Below are positions 1 through 9,871 of a DNA stretch of 64,000 nt, piece after piece. Every line of letters begins with the position of its first letter. Position 1 is the first letter of the stretch. The DNA comes from an uncultured Candidatus Peribacteria bacterium. GTDB lineage: Bacteria > Patescibacteriota > Gracilibacteria > JAUYGZ01. The stretch spans positions 58,236 through 122,235 of the forward strand of contig CAYGQA010000003.1 in NCBI GenBank assembly GCA_964352145.1, read 5' to 3'. Both the position numbers and the translations under genes were made by a program. The notes under the pieces were generated by a model, which saw nothing but the letters and a program-made list of their open reading frames with translations, was not told the origin of the DNA and did not search any database.

Positions 1-1
1 T

Positions 2-1450
2 CTCAGTGTAGGTACTGGAGAGCCTTGGTTTTCCCCGTATTTAGACAAACTAGAAAGTCTCGATGCAGTACCCCCTAGTCTTGCCAGCATACCCGACCAA
101 GTACAACGTGGTATCAAAGACATGAGTCGTGGAGAGATGGCAGATGTCATCTTCAGAATGAAAAACATAAAAGACATCATCGTTTCAGATGATGGGAATT
201 TTTCTATAAAACTCCCAGAAACTTCACTTCCTGAAGGAATAGAAGCAGGAGACATTACCGTTACACGACTCACAGATGCCGAACAACCCGTGAAAGAAGT
301 CAACGGAGCTCCAATGCTTTTCTACAAACTAGAACCAGACGGTATTCAGTTCCGTGAACCAGTCAGCTTTACCGTAGAGACCGGTACCGTAGCGAACACA
401 GTCCCTCTGATCTTCCTCGTTTCAGGAGATTCATTCGATCTCATCTCTGAGCCGGTCATCGAGATCAATCAAAATAAAAAAGTAGCTTTCGTCACTGCTG
501 AACTAAAACACTTCAGTACTATCGCTATTGGCTTCGCTGATTATTTCGAAGTAGGTCAAGTCACTACTGATCCAGTAGGGTCGCAGTCTGCCGGCAATCC
601 TTTCACTGCAAATGTGAATGTCCAACGTACTGCTGCACCTCCAACATTTGTCTTACAGAGTAATAACGACACCATCACGATCGAAAGTGACTGGACCCTG
701 AATTCTGTATTCTTGGAAAGTATGCCAGGATCGCTTAGTCCTTATGTCATGAAGCTCCCTTCTCAGAGTAAATCTGCTGAGACGGATTACGATTTCAATG
801 CTGAGTTTAATTGTACTCCTACAGGATATGAAAAAACTCAAATTGAATACCAAGGAAGCATCGATTGGAACTATGACTTCAATGGATCAAACAAGAAAAC
901 AAACACTCTTATCCGGTCTATCAGTGATCCATTTGTCTGTGAAGCTTTAGATGATTCTCAAGTAAACTATGAGGCCTGGAAACAATTTGCCTTCGAAAAC
1001 ATCAACAAACTGCGTTCTGAAAATGGAATTGTGCCATTACAATATAATGAAATGCTCAGTACTATCGGAGATATCCATGCCGAAGATATGGCAAAGAACA
1101 TCGGAGAACTCTCTCACCAAGGTTCTTTAGGAGAGGAATCTTGGATTCGTATCAAAGAAGGAAAAGTTATCGACCTTGATACAGGCAGCTATACTTTTGT
1201 TCCCTTCCCTAGTGGTATCGATAGAAGTGCAGAAAACATTGGTCGTAGAAACATTGACTTCTTTTCTGGTGACGCCCTTCAAGCCATCGAAGATCAACAC
1301 AACTGGTTTATGGATACACCAGACACAGGGGTTACTCATCGGACAACCATGCTCAGTAAATCAGCAAACTTTTCTGAAGTAGGGATTGGTCTCTATCTCG
1401 ATGACAACAACGATCTTTGGATGGTTGAGAAATTTATCTCATTGAAATAA
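2..1450 (+). CDS. CAP/SCP (PR-1-like, YkwD-type) domain protein; 5' end cut by window edge
   Basis: The frame of ORF 122..1450 stays open back to nt 2, so the gene begins upstream of the window. The C-terminal ~150 aa shows a CAP-domain pattern (INKLRSENGIVPLQYNEML, HAEDMAKN, AENIG, WFMDTP..THRTTML, VGIGL). Confidence 0.6.
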   Translation, partial: LSVGTGEPWFSPYLDKLESLDAVPPSLASIPDQVQRGIKDMSRGEMADVIFRMKNIKDIIVSDDGNFSIKLPETSLPEGIEAGDITVTRLTDAEQPVKEVNGAPMLFYKLEPDGIQFREPVSFTVETGTVANTVPLIFLVSGDSFDLISEPVIEINQNKKVAFVTAELKHFSTIAIGFADYFEVGQVTTDPVGSQSAGNPFTANVNVQRTAAPPTFVLQSNNDTITIESDWTLNSVFLESMPGSLSPYVMKLPSQSKSAETDYDFNAEFNCTPTGYEKTQIEYQGSIDWNYDFNGSNKKTNTLIRSISDPFVCEALDDSQVNYEAWKQFAFENINKLRSENGIVPLQYNEMLSTIGDIHAEDMAKNIGELSHQGSLGEESWIRIKEGKVIDLDTGSYTFVPFPSGIDRSAENIGRRNIDFFSGDALQAIEDQHNWFMDTPDTGVTHRTTMLSKSANFSEVGIGLYLDDNNDLWMVEKFISLK

Positions 1451-1977
1451 TGGACCCAATTTTTTTAGAAGGAATAGTAGCTGCCCTCGTCTTAGTGACA
1501 GGAGCAGCTTATCCCATTAGAAAATGCCCGCATCCTATCAGATCAGTAAAGAACTGGCTCTTTGCCATTGGAGGTTTAATGATGCTTATCTATGCCATCT
1601 TAAACTACTTCTATAATGATGGAGCAGTCTTCTTTATCTTCTTACAAGTGCTCATAAACATCTCAAGTGTCTTCATGCTCAGTAACACCGACGAGCGCTA
1701 TTCAAGCCCTATCATCATCTGTCTCAGCATACTTCTCATCATCTGGTCTCTGACGCTCTTTGAAGGACTCAACACGCTCTTCTTCATCATTGGACTCTCA
1801 GGCATCGCTGTGGGCTATGTGCTCAAAGCTGGTACCTCAAGGAGAAACATCTCCCTCACCCTGGGAAGCATCCTCATAGCACTCTTCAGCTACATAGCAG
1901 CTGACTGGGTCTTCTTTTGGCTCAATAGCTTCTTCGCAGTCTTCTCTGGGTATTATAGCGTAAAACTGTTAAAATAA
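1450..1977 (+). CDS. integral membrane protein, unknown function
   Basis: 175-aa ORF with about 5 hydrophobic segments. Its start overlaps the upstream stop (TAATG), suggesting co-translation with the CAP-domain gene. Confidence 0.5.
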   Translation: MDPIFLEGIVAALVLVTGAAYPIRKCPHPIRSVKNWLFAIGGLMMLIYAILNYFYNDGAVFFIFLQVLINISSVFMLSNTDERYSSPIIICLSILLIIWSLTLFEGLNTLFFIIGLSGIAVGYVLKAGTSRRNISLTLGSILIALFSYIAADWVFFWLNSFFAVFSGYYSVKLLK

Positions 1978-1983
1978 TATGAC

Positions 1984-2013
1984 CGTAGGTACGCTATTAA
2001 TCGCGTACCTACG
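1984..2013. terminator. 11-bp stem-loop between convergent genes
   Basis: CGTAGGTACGC-tattaatc-GCGTACCTACG perfect inverted repeat. The T-rich flank is only on the minus-strand side, so orientation is ambiguous. Confidence 0.4.
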
Positions 2014-2205
2014 ACAAAAAACCGCACAACCGGCTCCTCAGTATCCGTAACCATATTCTATAGATGGGATTCTTCACGCACCGTCCACGGACGAAGCAAA
2101 TATTAGATTCCCTATGGTATATTGTGGATTTTGGATAAAGAGGAAATAATTCGGACTGTGCAGTCACACTAAGTGTAATAGAAGCTCATGGTGATTCAAG
2201 CTTTT

Positions 2206-3165
2206 CTAAGCATGAATCCCAGTTTCTTGTTGAGTCTGGTCACTCTCAACGTAATGTATATCTTCTTTAAGCTTATGATCTTTAAAAGGCAATAAAACCT
2301 TATAAAAAGGGTACAAATACATCGTAGATAAATACGATGAAAGAGTACTAAAAAATCCTGAAAGGAAAATAATAGCCCCACTTATAGCAAGTCCAGAAAA
2401 CTGTCCGCCTATCAAATCTAACACATACTCAGAGCCAAAATTGATAACGAATCCAATCAAGCCTATTGATAGCCCCATCAAGAAAAGTGATCCTAAAAAT
2501 GCTCCATATCTCGCCCCAGTCATATTCCAAGATTGGCTGAATGACTCAAAAACTCCTGATTCCTCTGCGACTATTAGTGAAAAAACGAACAGATATCGGG
2601 TAGATAAAAAGATATTCAGTACAATAGCTATAAACATCACCAGGATGCCCACATAAGCAACTTGAGGAACAAGAAACGCAAAAATAAAACTAAAAAATAG
2701 AGGAAGAATGAGAATCGCAAAAAAACATAAACTCGCTCCAAAAACCCTCAAACAAGTGAAAATAAAGTTTCTCTTACCCGCCTTCCAGAGATCAAGAAAA
2801 GAAAGACTTTCACTCTTAGAAAGGACCTGTCTTGTAAATCCAAAGCCTAAAAGAGAAATCAAAATAATAATCAGGAGGGCAGAAACTCCAAAAAATACCA
2901 TCATCAAAGGGTTCTCTGAGAAAAAAGTTGTAAAAACATCACCAATCAATTCATGCTGTTCATTTCTAAACATTTCTATTGAAAGTCCCGACATCTGAAA
3001 CAACACAGCAATGAGTCCTATACTAGGCAAAAAAACGACAATATTCATCAAAAAGTAATTTTTCCAATGAGTATTTATCATTTGAAAATACTCTTTCCAA
3101 ACCATATCAAAGAAAGATGGTCTTTTTTGTACTTCTTCAGGCATATTTGAACTTGGAGTTTTCAT
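2206..3165 (-). CDS. polytopic membrane protein, unknown function
   Basis: 319-aa ORF with about 6-7 long hydrophobic segments. No catalytic motif recognised. Confidence 0.5.
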   Translation of the reverse strand: MKTPSSNMPEEVQKRPSFFDMVWKEYFQMINTHWKNYFLMNIVVFLPSIGLIAVLFQMSGLSIEMFRNEQHELIGDVFTTFFSENPLMMVFFGVSALLIIILISLLGFGFTRQVLSKSESLSFLDLWKAGKRNFIFTCLRVFGASLCFFAILILPLFFSFIFAFLVPQVAYVGILVMFIAIVLNIFLSTRYLFVFSLIVAEESGVFESFSQSWNMTGARYGAFLGSLFLMGLSIGLIGFVINFGSEYVLDLIGGQFSGLAISGAIIFLSGFFSTLSSYLSTMYLYPFYKVLLPFKDHKLKEDIHYVESDQTQQETGIHA

Positions 3166-3249
3166 AGATAAGTGAATTGATTATAGTTAATTATATTAAA
3201 ACATTATAATTATTTGTCAACCATCTATGACCTTTAATTTTCATCTCTT

Positions 3250-3699
3250 TCAGCCCTTACTCACTATTTCTAGAGTAACAGGACCATCATTGACAAGATT
3301 CACCAACATATGAGCCTGAAACTGTCCAGTCTCTACTTTCAATCCAGATTTTACTTTCATCAATGCAACAAACTCTTCGTACAATCTTTTAGCTACATCA
3401 GGCTTCGCAGCATCACCGAAATCTGGCCTACGTCCTTTATCAGTACGAGCATAGAGTGTGAACTGAGATACTACTAAAATCTCTCCAGAGATATCTACGA
3501 TATTCTTATCAAAAGGCTTCCCTTCTTCATTTTCATACACCCGCATTCCTAAGACTTTATCAGTCAAATACTCAACATCTTCCTCAGAGTCTCCATGTGT
3601 AATACCGACAAAGAGAAGTAAACCTTTCCCAATCTGACCAATCATCTGATCATCCACTGAGACAGAAGCCTCAGAAACACGCTGTAATAAGATTTTCAT
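3250..3699 (-). CDS. dtd: D-aminoacyl-tRNA deacylase
   Basis: MKILLQRV..VSVDDQ..IGKGLLLFVGI..D..YL..K....R.. and SQFTLYA....G.RP.F are typical Dtd sequences. The start was moved to the internal ATG at 3699 because the 32-aa N-terminal extension in the ORF track is non-homologous. Confidence 0.9.
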   Translation of the reverse strand: MKILLQRVSEASVSVDDQMIGQIGKGLLLFVGITHGDSEEDVEYLTDKVLGMRVYENEEGKPFDKNIVDISGEILVVSQFTLYARTDKGRRPDFGDAAKPDVAKRLYEEFVALMKVKSGLKVETGQFQAHMLVNLVNDGPVTLEIVSKG

Positions 3700-3815
3700 A
3701 ATTTTCTTGTAACAAGATACAAAATATTGCGTAATAAATAGAGCAAAAGGACAAAAAATTAAGTTCCAATAATTACCAACAGCATGGCAGATCACAGAAG
3801 CGTTATCGAAATCCT

Positions 3816-5081
3816 CTAAACTCTCTTAAAGAGATCTAAGATCAGTGAGCCTGCATATTTAAACAGCAGTGGAAGATTCTTCACCTTCAATACGACCCAG
3901 ATCAAACTCGAGTTTTTATCCTTACTATCACAAAATTGATTGAGAAAGGATTCTTTTTGACCAGCTATGATATCAAACATCGTTGAAAAACTCCTATCTG
4001 ACTTCATACGATCCCAGACAAATCTGTAGAGTAATTGTTTTTTATAGTACGTCATCAGCTTCTGATATCCTTGTATCCTTGGATAATATTGCTTCAAGGC
4101 ATCCTCATTACCATCTAAGTACTCTGGGATGATCTCAGCTGCTACTTTCCCAGAAACTACCGCTCCTTTGATCCCATCAGCAGCAAAAGCTCCGCAAAGC
4201 CCAGCAGCATCTCCGAGGAGTAAGCTATGTTTGTCATAGACCTTCTTCAAAGGTCCTCCAATCGGTATCAAAGAACCAAAAGTTAACTCTGCTTCTGATA
4301 CCTCTTCTGTCGCTCCATCGATACGAATCATCTTCTTCTCTCTCAAAATATCTATAAATTCGTCTATTTTTTTGAGATCATGGATGTCCTTTTGCCTCTT
4401 CGCCAATCCTAAGCGGAAGGCAGGCTTGCCTTGGACAGTAGTAGGAGACAACCATCCTCCATATCCTATCGAAAACTCTCCAAACCAAAAATGGTACACC
4501 GTGTTTTCTGGGTGATCTCCTAGAGTGATATTTCCAAAAAAGACCTTCTCCAAACCTGCCAAGTACTTGGTATTCTGAGAAAGATTTGGATTCTTCTTCG
4601 CCACTTGAGAGTGAGAGCCATCAGCACCAACAATAAACCGAGCAGCAACGGAGTGCTCTTGGCCAGAATGAGCATATTTCACTTCAACAGGGTACTCTTC
4701 AGATGCATGAATACTGGAAGACTTATACGTCGATGCAATCTTGAGTTCTACGTTCTTTGGCAAGTGTGTCGACATATGCTTCACGAGCTGTGGGGTATCA
4801 GTCGTATAGATCCAAGGTTCTTTCGTATGCGAAAAGAACTTCTTTTTATAATCTGGAGCAACAACTCCTATCGTCGTAATCGCATTCGGGATGAAGCGAT
4901 CCACATCCGTAAAAGACTTCAAATACTCTCGAGTCACCGAGGTAATCAGCCCAGTAGATTCGATATAATAATCCAACTGAGGCTTCTTATCTAAGATCAA
5001 TACTTTGAGCTGCTGTGGGAGGTGATGTGCAAGTGTCAGTCCAGCAAAGCTAGCACCGACGATGACGATATCGTAATTCAT
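3816..5081 (-). CDS. FAD-dependent oxidoreductase, geranylgeranyl-reductase family
   Basis: N-terminal dinucleotide-binding motif DIVIVGASFAGL and the GDAAG motif (LLLGDAAGLCGAFAADGIKGA) typical of this family. Confidence 0.7.
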   Translation of the reverse strand: MNYDIVIVGASFAGLTLAHHLPQQLKVLILDKKPQLDYYIESTGLITSVTREYLKSFTDVDRFIPNAITTIGVVAPDYKKKFFSHTKEPWIYTTDTPQLVKHMSTHLPKNVELKIASTYKSSSIHASEEYPVEVKYAHSGQEHSVAARFIVGADGSHSQVAKKNPNLSQNTKYLAGLEKVFFGNITLGDHPENTVYHFWFGEFSIGYGGWLSPTTVQGKPAFRLGLAKRQKDIHDLKKIDEFIDILREKKMIRIDGATEEVSEAELTFGSLIPIGGPLKKVYDKHSLLLGDAAGLCGAFAADGIKGAVVSGKVAAEIIPEYLDGNEDALKQYYPRIQGYQKLMTYYKKQLLYRFVWDRMKSDRSFSTMFDIIAGQKESFLNQFCDSKDKNSSLIWVVLKVKNLPLLFKYAGSLILDLFKRV

Positions 5082-5258
5082 ATTCAGGATTAATAGCTGA
5101 TCATTAATATCATTTATGCAATCGTGTCACAAGAAAACTGATTCTCTGAGCTTGACGAAAGAGACTCATTAATCGCTCTATTCATCAACAGAATGTCTAA
5201 ACCTAAATTATTCAATTGTTAAAGAGTTTCCTTCGATAAACTCGGAAAGTCTCATACA

Positions 5259-6578
5259 TTAAGATCCTCTCAATCCATCCATCATATCAATCCTCTTCTG
5301 GATTAACTCAGCAGTACCGATATCTGTACGATAATAAACCTTCCCTTCTACCTGCTTCACACCAGCAAGAGCCTTTTGTCGAGCTTCTTCGAGTGAATCT
5401 GCTATACCTACTATCCCCAAAGATCGAGACCCAGTAGTAAGGATTTGTCCATCAACATCATTCACTGAAGAATAAAAACACTCCACTCCCTCTGGCATAG
5501 CTCCTATATGAAGCGATTCATCTTTAGCAGAATCTTCTGGGTAGCCCTCAGGCACTACATACAAGCAAACCGTTGCCTGTTCTTTAAATGTAACTTCAAG
5601 TTCATCCAAAGTCCCATCTACAATCGCCTGACAAATATCGACAAAATCAGTTTCCAAAAGAGGTAATACATTCAAAGCTTCTGGATCTCCGAAACGAGCA
5701 TTGTATTCGATCAATTTTACTCCATCTCGACAGGCAATAAATCCTCCATACAAAATCCCTTTGAAAGCTTCTCCAGTTTCATCACGGACAGCCTTCATCA
5801 CTGCTGCAGAGATTTGACGAGCTTGTTCGATGTCAGTCTTGCTAAGGAATGGCATCCCATGATCCACATCTGAATAAGTCCCCATACCTCCTGTATTCGG
5901 TCCTTCATCACCTTCGTAAGCTCTCTTATGATCTTGCACTACCGGCATGAATGCCAGATGCTCTCCATCAGCAAAAGCCATCAAACTAAACTCTACTCCG
6001 ACAAACTTCTCTTCAATCACTACCGAAGCATGTGAACCCGATAAGCATTCACGGACAAACTTCATCGCCTCTTCATGCGAACGGAGATGATCTCTAGAAA
6101 CTTTCACTCCCTTACCACCTTCCAAACCATCCCCTTTTACGACATACTGATCGCCAAGCTCTTGCAGAAAAGACATCACTCCGTCTTCACTCGTAAACTG
6201 TCGAAATCTTGGATTACCAGGGATGAAATTCTTTTCTAAGAGTTCTCGTGTGAAATACTTGCTCGACTCTAACTGAGCTGGAGCTTTCCTCGGAGCCATA
6301 CATCCGATACCAAGCTCTTCTAGTACATCTACCATCCCATCTCCGATCGGGTTATCAGGTCCTACGATAGCAAGATCTGGCTGAACTTCTTTTGCATAAG
6401 CTGTTAAAGCCTCTTCATCAGACAAGCTTTCTACGAGATGATAATCAGTACTCAAGTCTCGTATGCCTGGATTGATTGTTGTCGCAAATACATAAAGGTC
6501 TGGGTTTTTATCGGAACGCTTTAAAGCTTCAGCAATCGCATGTTCACGACCACCATTACCGACGAGAAGGATTTTCAT
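5259..6578 (-). CDS. purD: phosphoribosylamine--glycine ligase
   Basis: MKILLVGNGGREHAIAEAL, an ATP-grasp core and EYNARFGDPE are hallmarks of PurD across the full length. Confidence 0.95.
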   Translation of the reverse strand: MKILLVGNGGREHAIAEALKRSDKNPDLYVFATTINPGIRDLSTDYHLVESLSDEEALTAYAKEVQPDLAIVGPDNPIGDGMVDVLEELGIGCMAPRKAPAQLESSKYFTRELLEKNFIPGNPRFRQFTSEDGVMSFLQELGDQYVVKGDGLEGGKGVKVSRDHLRSHEEAMKFVRECLSGSHASVVIEEKFVGVEFSLMAFADGEHLAFMPVVQDHKRAYEGDEGPNTGGMGTYSDVDHGMPFLSKTDIEQARQISAAVMKAVRDETGEAFKGILYGGFIACRDGVKLIEYNARFGDPEALNVLPLLETDFVDICQAIVDGTLDELEVTFKEQATVCLYVVPEGYPEDSAKDESLHIGAMPEGVECFYSSVNDVDGQILTTGSRSLGIVGIADSLEEARQKALAGVKQVEGKVYYRTDIGTAELIQKRIDMMDGLRGS

Positions 6579-6720
6579 ATCTTTGATTTAAAAAGTATTG
6601 ATAGCTTAACACGACAGAAATAAAGCTCAAGAATTGACTTCTTGGCTTATATAAAGGAAAATGCAGTCTCTTAAAAAACACTAAGAATAAAGGACAATTT
6701 TCAATCCCGCAATTCTCTGC

Positions 6721-6825
6721 GAAATAAATTTTCAGTTCTCAATTTTCATTCAAAGAACAAGGCCCAAATCTCAAAAATACAAAATCGAGATACGAAACAA
6801 ATATCAATATTAAAATCCCAAGATT
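6721..6825 (-). repeat. family-A composite intergenic repeat, copy A1
   Basis: The reverse complement reads TTGATATTTGTTTCGTATCTCG...GAGATTTGGG...TTTGAATGAAAATTGAGAACTGAAAATTT. It lies 5' of purD in purD orientation. Confidence 0.7.
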
Positions 6826-6858
6826 TCAAAAAATTCAAAAAAAAAAACGCCACATAAC

Positions 6859-6895
6859 AATGACTGTCACTCTCCATCATCGACAGTCATTTTTT
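6859..6895 (+). terminator. orphan hairpin plus T-run with no upstream same-strand gene
   Basis: AATGACTGTC-13 nt-GACAGTCATT followed by TTTTT. No plus-strand gene precedes it. It lies between repeat A1 and the 7027 CDS. Confidence 0.35.
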
Positions 6896-7026
6896 GACAA
6901 CAGCTAAATAAAAGCGCATCATAGTCTCTCAGATTGATCAGGAAGAGCTTTTCACCCCCACTAGGAATGAATGCGATTTCTCATAGACCAGAAACAAAAC
7001 AAAGCCCATCCCTGCAACTCAGGAGA

Positions 7027-8853
7027 ATGGGTAAATGGAAAATCATCAAAGATCTATGCCTGGTCTTCGCAAGCTCCATGGGAGCCATCATCGGTGGGAC
7101 TACTAGTATCGGATGTCGTAGTATCACTACTGACGGAAGATCAGATCAAAAAACCAATATACAAAAAAGGAAAGCTGACCAAATATCCGAGCTTGACCCT
7201 GAAAAAATCAAACTCAGCCATCAACTCGCGATCAAAATGGCTATGACGGATCGCCTAAATGATACTCAAAACGACTGGGAAGAAGAATCACTGCTAGAAA
7301 GTGATTTTTTTGAAGGAAACACTTCCATGCAAATAGGATACAAGCCAGGAAATACAAATATAACTCTTGATTGGGATTACCACGAAAACAGGAAAGCTAC
7401 CCGTCACGCAATCTTTGATCGTTTGAATGATTTTGAAGGAGATGAGAAGTATCATCCAAGCTTTCCAATAGGAATCAATTATCATTTGAACTTCAAAAAG
7501 AATCGATCCTGGAAACCACTCGCAAACCATGACTTCATCAACAGTGTACGGCTCAGCATCGATAATCTCACAGCAGCCTCTCTCTATGGCATGGGAATGC
7601 ATGACAATCTTAATGAAAGTATTGCCTACAGGAGCTTATCTCTTCTCTTACAAAGCGCAATCATGCTGGGCACATCCCGCTTTGGACATGAATTCGCACA
7701 CGGATACGACACTACTATTCGTGAAAAAGACGAACTCCCTTTAAAAGGCTTCATCTCAGCCATACCAAATGGAAATGAATCAATCAGCTACGTCGATATG
7801 ATCAGCTCACAGGCAGCAGGTCTCAACAATTCAAGTAGCATGGCATTGGCCTATTGGAGACAAGCTGAAACACGAGGCAATATCGTCGCCGCTCTAGGGT
7901 TTCTCTTAGCACGCAACGATGCACTCATCCAATGGGTCTATGGTCACGCTATCAATGATGGTGAACCAGAAAAATACTATGAACGACAAGCACTCTTAGT
8001 AGCTAGAAACCGAGAAAACAAAACTCTTGATGACTTTGAAGAAGAATTCAAGACAGAAGACTTAAACCCAAAAGAAAGCTTAAACCCATCTATCTACCAA
8101 GTCACAGGTCATGGGGACAATGTCGCCTATATCAAACTCCTCGAAGTCTTTGGCTACGGCAACGCTCACCGTGACAAAGACCTAGGGATCATCTTAGGAA
8201 CCAATACCTTTACGGCATACTTCTGGCAATCCATGATCGAGCTCATCAACTATGTAGGCAATGGAAAACAAACTCATGAAAGATGGCGCGTTCTTGGACC
8301 TTTAGAATGGCCAGTCTTCAGCACCTATCGTATGCCAAAAGGATACCTAACACAGATGCGACTCCCTATTGTACTCAGGAAAAGCATCCTAGACCGTCTA
8401 ACGCTTATAGGAGCTCGTGATCTAGATCCCGTATTAGGCAAACTCAACACCACACAATTTGGTGCAGAACTTTCGGGGAGATTACCTGGGAAACTAGAAG
8501 CATTCAGATGGCAGTTTGGTTCTTTACTAAGCTTCGATCGGAAACAATGGCAACTTGAAGGCAATCAAGTAAACTTTGGCCTTTCCTACGAAACAGGTCC
8601 CGTCACCTTTTCACTCACTGGTACTCATCATCAAAATGATCCCTTACTCGGACAAGTTGAACTCCAGGATAATGGCTTTTCTCTACAAATAGGAGCTCAG
8701 ATAGAACTCGGTCCCTGGAAAAAGTCAAATCCCATACAAAGACCTCTACCAAGCTCTCCTATACCGAGAAATATTGTGTTTCAAGACTTTCCCAAAAATA
8801 GTGATATCGACAAGCCAGCACCTTCGGACACAGTAATACTTTCAAAACGCTGA
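7027..8853 (+). CDS. HExxH-motif exported protein (putative zinc metallopeptidase) with beta-rich C-terminal region
   Basis: GHEFAHG (HExxH) motif in mid-protein. The signal/lipobox-like N-terminus MGKWKIIKDLCLVFASSMGAIIGGTTSIGC favours the ATG at 7027 (the ORF is open from TTG 6934, with another ATG at 6967). The C-terminal 150 aa alternates hydrophobic and polar residues. Confidence 0.45.
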   Translation: MGKWKIIKDLCLVFASSMGAIIGGTTSIGCRSITTDGRSDQKTNIQKRKADQISELDPEKIKLSHQLAIKMAMTDRLNDTQNDWEEESLLESDFFEGNTSMQIGYKPGNTNITLDWDYHENRKATRHAIFDRLNDFEGDEKYHPSFPIGINYHLNFKKNRSWKPLANHDFINSVRLSIDNLTAASLYGMGMHDNLNESIAYRSLSLLLQSAIMLGTSRFGHEFAHGYDTTIREKDELPLKGFISAIPNGNESISYVDMISSQAAGLNNSSSMALAYWRQAETRGNIVAALGFLLARNDALIQWVYGHAINDGEPEKYYERQALLVARNRENKTLDDFEEEFKTEDLNPKESLNPSIYQVTGHGDNVAYIKLLEVFGYGNAHRDKDLGIILGTNTFTAYFWQSMIELINYVGNGKQTHERWRVLGPLEWPVFSTYRMPKGYLTQMRLPIVLRKSILDRLTLIGARDLDPVLGKLNTTQFGAELSGRLPGKLEAFRWQFGSLLSFDRKQWQLEGNQVNFGLSYETGPVTFSLTGTHHQNDPLLGQVELQDNGFSLQIGAQIELGPWKKSNPIQRPLPSSPIPRNIVFQDFPKNSDIDKPAPSDTVILSKR

Positions 8854-9380
8854 TCCTGCCTCACAAACTTAAGATAACTTGCAGAAGCTTTTTCATGTGA
8901 ATCGACATTATCTGCACAGATAAAGGCTCCCCTCCTTAACTTCGGGAGAAGTTTCTGAAGATGTGGCAAATAATCAGACTTTCTTTGATCGAAGAACACA
9001 AAATCAAATTTTTCTTTCCCGAAGTGAGAGACAGCCTGATCAAATCCAGCAGGAATAAGATCAATGAAGTCCTGATAGTTTTTTCCAAAAAAAGCCTCTA
9101 AATGTTTCTCTAATTGAGCTACTTTTGGTGGGAAATACTCTAAAGTAAGCAGTTTTCCTTCATTTTCTTGCAATGCTTGAGCTATCCAAAGGGTCGAATA
9201 CCCCACACCTGCACCCACCTCTATTCCCCTTTTCAAACCCTTGAGCCTGATCAACCAATACATCAATTGACCTAACTCTACATCTACTGGCCACAAGCCC
9301 TGTCCAAATTCACCAGATTCTAAAAGATCTGATTCCTTATCGAGTAACTGCAAAATCTGCTGAAATCGCTTTAAATCCAT
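8781..9380 (-). CDS. class I SAM-dependent O-methyltransferase (COMT/YrrM-like)
   Basis: SAM motif I (GIEVGAGVGYSTLWIA), a DFVFFD acidic motif and a C-terminal GAGLSIS ending typical of O-methyltransferase family 3. Start set at MDLKRFQQ. Confidence 0.75.
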   Translation of the reverse strand: MDLKRFQQILQLLDKESDLLESGEFGQGLWPVDVELGQLMYWLIRLKGLKRGIEVGAGVGYSTLWIAQALQENEGKLLTLEYFPPKVAQLEKHLEAFFGKNYQDFIDLIPAGFDQAVSHFGKEKFDFVFFDQRKSDYLPHLQKLLPKLRRGAFICADNVDSHEKASASYLKFVRQDQRFESITVSEGAGLSISLFLGKS

Positions 9381-9476
9381 AAAAAACCTTGTCAAATACA
9401 GTAGAATCATTGTAAACTACTCTGGCTGTGAAGAAAGAAAATTCTTTACAGCCTTACAGTCTTTTAAAAAAACACT

Positions 9477-9803
9477 ATGGCACATAAGAAAGCCGGAGGA
9501 AGTACCGATAACGGTCGCGATTCCAATGCGAAGCGACGTGGGGTAAAACTCTTCGGAGGGCAAACTGCTCGACCAGGAAACATCATCGTCAGACAAAAAG
9601 GAACCAAATGGTTTCCAGGAGAAGGGGTCTCTATGGGGAAAGATTTCACGATCTTTGCTACTGTCGATGGGAAAGTAAGGTTCTCTACCAAACGACAGCT
9701 AAAATTCAATGGTCAAACTCACTACGATACTTTTGTACACGTGATGCCTGAAGCAGCAGCAACAACAGTTGATAAAAAAGAAACAGCAAACGCAGCTGAG
9801 TAG
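9477..9803 (+). CDS. rpmA: 50S ribosomal protein bL27
   Basis: [25 protein letters not shown]....GNIIVRQ+GTK..PG. Confidence 0.95.
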   Translation: MAHKKAGGSTDNGRDSNAKRRGVKLFGGQTARPGNIIVRQKGTKWFPGEGVSMGKDFTIFATVDGKVRFSTKRQLKFNGQTHYDTFVHVMPEAAATTVDKKETANAAE

Positions 9804-9818
9804 TTTTAAAAAAACATA

Positions 9819-9849
9819 AAACCCTGACAACAAAACACAGGGTTTTTTT
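9819..9849 (+). terminator. rho-independent terminator after rpmA
   Basis: AAACCCTG-11 nt-CAGGGTTT followed by a T7 run. Confidence 0.75.
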
Positions 9850-9871
9850 CATACATCAATAATCAACAACA

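Noticed and set aside
3700-3795. N-terminal extensions of the dtd, nadC (52096-52134), yggT (57672-57791), rhlE-like (37340-37438) and paralog-2 (38542-38580) ORFs.
   Set aside because: The extensions are non-homologous to the respective families. Conserved family N-termini begin at internal ATGs.
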